Source of the DNA: Chlamydiia bacterium | GTDB lineage: Bacteria > Chlamydiota > Chlamydiia > Chlamydiales > Rhabdochlamydiaceae | Direction of reading: 5' to 3' | Assembly: GCA_963804085.1 (NCBI GenBank) | Contig: CAWDOQ010000004.1 | Coordinates: 1-64,000 of the forward strand | DNA length: 64,000 nucleotides | In this document: positions 61,510 to 64,000 of the stretch, one piece after another | Numbering within the stretch: the stretch's first letter is position 1 | Layout of the letters: each line of letters starts with the position of its first letter | The notes under the pieces: model-generated | Told to the model about the DNA's origin: nothing | Databases searched by the model: none | The model's input: the letters and a program-made list of their open reading frames with translations, nothing else | Translations under genes and position numbers: made by a program

Positions 61510-62583
61510 TTATTCGTAAGTCTTTAATTCTACCCAAAGATCTTGAACTTGTTGTTCGGGCAAGAGCTCTTTTGTGAAGTGGTACTTTTTAAAGCTGGCT
61601 GGAGAAGATTGAATGATTGCTTTGGTGCGCTCGTCTGAGGAGAGCAGCGGCATAGCATCTATGGTCGAGGGGAAGAAGCCATAGGTGTTGAAATGGCGGG
61701 CGACAGATTCGGGTCTAAATAGGTAGTTGATAAACTTGTAGACAAGCGCATCTTTAGAGCAGGCTGCGGGTATTGAGATATTCTCTATCGAAAGAAAAGT
61801 CCCCTCGTCGGGCACGACAAAATCGATAAAGGGAAATTGGCGTTTGGAGCGCTCGATGTAAGAGCTGGATGCGACAACAAGTGGGCAATTTCTTGTCGCT
61901 AAAAAGTAGTCGCCGCGAAAGTCTGCGTAGGCTTCAACCCAGTTTTTTTGCTGAAAGAGAACTTGTTTGACTGCTTCTGTCTGTGCGGGTGTGAGTGTGT
62001 CGATGTTTCCATAAAGATAGTAGCCGGCAAGAAGCACGGTCTCGATCGGATCGTTAATCATCGTGATGTTGTAGTAGACGCTTTTAGGATCGAAGACATA
62101 CTTCCAGCTCGGTCTAAAAGATCTCCCTTCGAAGAACTCCTTATCAATTCCTAAGCCGAACAGCTCCCATTCAAAGGGGATAGAGTAGCGATTTTCGGGG
62201 TCATACGCATGATTGAGTAGAACGGGGTTGATGTTGTGCAAGAAGTTGAGCTTGCTCTTATCAAGCTCCTTGAGCAGCCCTTCGTGCGCCAGGTGGCTCA
62301 CTGCATAGTCAGAGGGAATGATCAGATCATACCCCTCGCCGCGCGTTGCCTTCACCTTGACGAGCAGCTCCTCGTTGGAGGAGTAGTAGTTTAAATAGAT
62401 CTTAATTCCCGTCTCTCTTTCAAAATCGGCGATGACCGAAGGCTCTAAGATATCTCCCCAAGCGAAGATATTGATGCTGTTCGCCTCATAGTTGAGGATC
62501 TTCCATTTGGGCCAGTAAAGCCCCATGAATAGTAGTACAATCCAGAAGAGAATGATGGAAGAGCGCATGAAGAATTTAACCAT
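61510..62583 (-). CDS. potD: Spermidine/putrescine ABC transporter substrate-binding protein
   Basis: YSSNEELL, YDLIIPSDY, YSIPFEW. Confidence 0.88.
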   Translation of the reverse strand: MVKFFMRSSIILFWIVLLFMGLYWPKWKILNYEANSINIFAWGDILEPSVIADFERETGIKIYLNYYSSNEELLVKVKATRGEGYDLIIPSDYAVSHLAHEGLLKELDKSKLNFLHNINPVLLNHAYDPENRYSIPFEWELFGLGIDKEFFEGRSFRPSWKYVFDPKSVYYNITMINDPIETVLLAGYYLYGNIDTLTPAQTEAVKQVLFQQKNWVEAYADFRGDYFLATRNCPLVVASSSYIERSKRQFPFIDFVVPDEGTFLSIENISIPAACSKDALVYKFINYLFRPESVARHFNTYGFFPSTIDAMPLLSSDERTKAIIQSSPASFKKYHFTKELLPEQQVQDLWVELKTYE

Positions 62584-62586
62584 GGC

Positions 62587-63357
62587 CTAAAAGATCCTCA
62601 AGCGTGATTTTACCGAGAAGAAGAGGAGGACAAGCAAGCTGCTGAGAAGGAGCAAAATTGCAGAGAGGGCATTTACGACAGGGGAGACGCCAGAACGGAG
62701 CATCGAAAGGATATAAAGCGAGAGGGTCTGCGAAGAGCTGCCTGCGCAAAAGTAGGAGAGGATGAAGTCATCAAACGAGATGATGAAGACGAGCAGCGAT
62801 GTCGCAATGAGCGAGGGAGAGAGGAGAGGCAGCGTCACCTTAAAAAATGTTTGGATCGGCGTGGCTCCCAAGACAAGAGAGGCTTCTGTCAAACGGTAGT
62901 CGAGCTCTAAAAATCGGGCGTAGACGAGCGGGACGACAAAGCCCAATCCTAGGACTGTGTGCGCAAGAATTAGCGTCGTAAGACCGAGAGGAATAGAGAT
63001 CAAGCTAAAAAAGCCAAGAAGGCTGACTGCGAGCACTGTTTCGGGGATGACGAGATTTCCATAGAAGAGGACGAGGTATTTACCAACTCTACCACCTTGC
63101 GCCGCGTAAAAGATGAGCAGTACGCCGATTGCGAGGCTGATCATCGTGGAAAAGAAGGCGATGATGAGCGAATTGGAAAAAGCTTTCCATAGATGCACAG
63201 ACTGAAAGAGTTCGTGGTACCACTGCAGTGTGAAACCTTTCCATGGGGAGGGGAAGCCTTCGGTGTTAAACGAGAAAACCAATAAAACGATGATCGGCAC
63301 ATATAAAAATAGGTAGGTTGAAGCTACGATAACGAGGCTACCTATGCGTTTAAACAT
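62587..63357 (-). CDS. potC: Spermidine/putrescine ABC transporter permease
   Basis: FLYVPI..FSFN, EAS..LGA loop, SFDDF. Confidence 0.88.
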   Translation of the reverse strand: MFKRIGSLVIVASTYLFLYVPIIVLLVFSFNTEGFPSPWKGFTLQWYHELFQSVHLWKAFSNSLIIAFFSTMISLAIGVLLIFYAAQGGRVGKYLVLFYGNLVIPETVLAVSLLGFFSLISIPLGLTTLILAHTVLGLGFVVPLVYARFLELDYRLTEASLVLGATPIQTFFKVTLPLLSPSLIATSLLVFIISFDDFILSYFCAGSSSQTLSLYILSMLRSGVSPVVNALSAILLLLSSLLVLLFFSVKSRLRIF

Positions 63358-64000
63358 GGTTCACCTCTTTTGGCAGAAAAAGTCGGTTGGTGATCCACAA
63401 AAGAATGAGTGCGCTCAAAAGAAGAAAGAGGCAGGCCACAACGGTAAAAGCTGCTCCGAGCGAGCCCGTCTGCTCTCCTAAGATGTAGTGAGAGACAACG
63501 CTTCCTACAAACATGCGCTTGTCTCCGCCCATCAGCTCGGGGATCGCGAACTCTCCAAATGAGGGGATGTAGACCAAAAAGATGCCCGCTCGCACCCCGC
63601 GCAGAGTCAGTGGTAGCACGATGCGGCGAAAGGTCTGCAGCCAGCTGCCGCCCAAATCAAATGAGGCCTCCATGAGCCGGTAGTCAAAGCGTTCAAGCGA
63701 CGAGTAGATTGGCAGCAGCATGAAGGGGAGGTAGTAGTAGACCATCATGACCATGATCGCAAACATCGAGTTGAGTAGATGCAATGGCTGATCGATTATG
63801 CCAAGTGAGCGCAGAAGCGTATTTAAAAAGCCTTCGCGCTCGAGCACAAAAAACCAGGCGTACACGTGGAGAAGAAAGTTTGTCCAAAAGGGGACAATCA
63901 GCAAAAACAGCAGAAGGTTTTTATAACGCCTGCCGCGGAAAGCCAAAAAGTAGGCGATGGGATAGGCGATTAGAAGGCAAAGAATCACATTTCCTAAAGC
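63350..64000 (-). CDS. potB: Spermidine/putrescine ABC transporter permease (5' end outside window)
   Basis: PFWTNFL, YLPFMLLPIY, EASFDLG; frame open to the window edge. Confidence 0.88.
   Translation of the reverse strand, partial: ALGNVILCLLIAYPIAYFLAFRGRRYKNLLLFLLIVPFWTNFLLHVYAWFFVLEREGFLNTLLRSLGIIDQPLHLLNSMFAIMVMMVYYYLPFMLLPIYSSLERFDYRLMEASFDLGGSWLQTFRRIVLPLTLRGVRAGIFLVYIPSFGEFAIPELMGGDKRMFVGSVVSHYILGEQTGSLGAAFTVVACLFLLLSALILLWITNRLFLPKEVNHV

Overview
Chromosomal window from an environmental member of Chlamydiota. The assignment rests on core genes in chlamydia-like order: groEL-groES/pepF, ihf-accA-msbA, dnaQ, pdhABC, lpxD-skp-bamA, recR, fabHDG-acpP, followed by potBCD. The left ~30 kb is accessory. 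It holds a HigBA-like toxin-antitoxin pair, an orphan higA, an internally duplicated FAD monooxygenase, outer-membrane/adhesin genes, an orphan trpR with its operator, and many eukaryote-like candidate effectors (TPR, dual-specificity phosphatase, F-box/LRR, SET, Rmt2/GAMT-like methyltransferase, tandem paralog families). The most striking unexplained structure is a set of intergenic hairpin elements whose arms are built from 6-, 7- or 9-bp periodic units. One family keeps an invariant loop (ATTAATCCGGA) while its arms change completely. One element with 53-bp terminal inverted repeats encloses a GxxExxY (PD-(D/E)XK-like) nuclease gene and may be the autonomous form. A REP-like element also sits between two synonymously diverged copies of the pdhC 3' end. 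Several single-base frameshifts may be consensus errors. No tRNA, rRNA or CRISPR array was recognised. All family assignments are by eye, with no database search.
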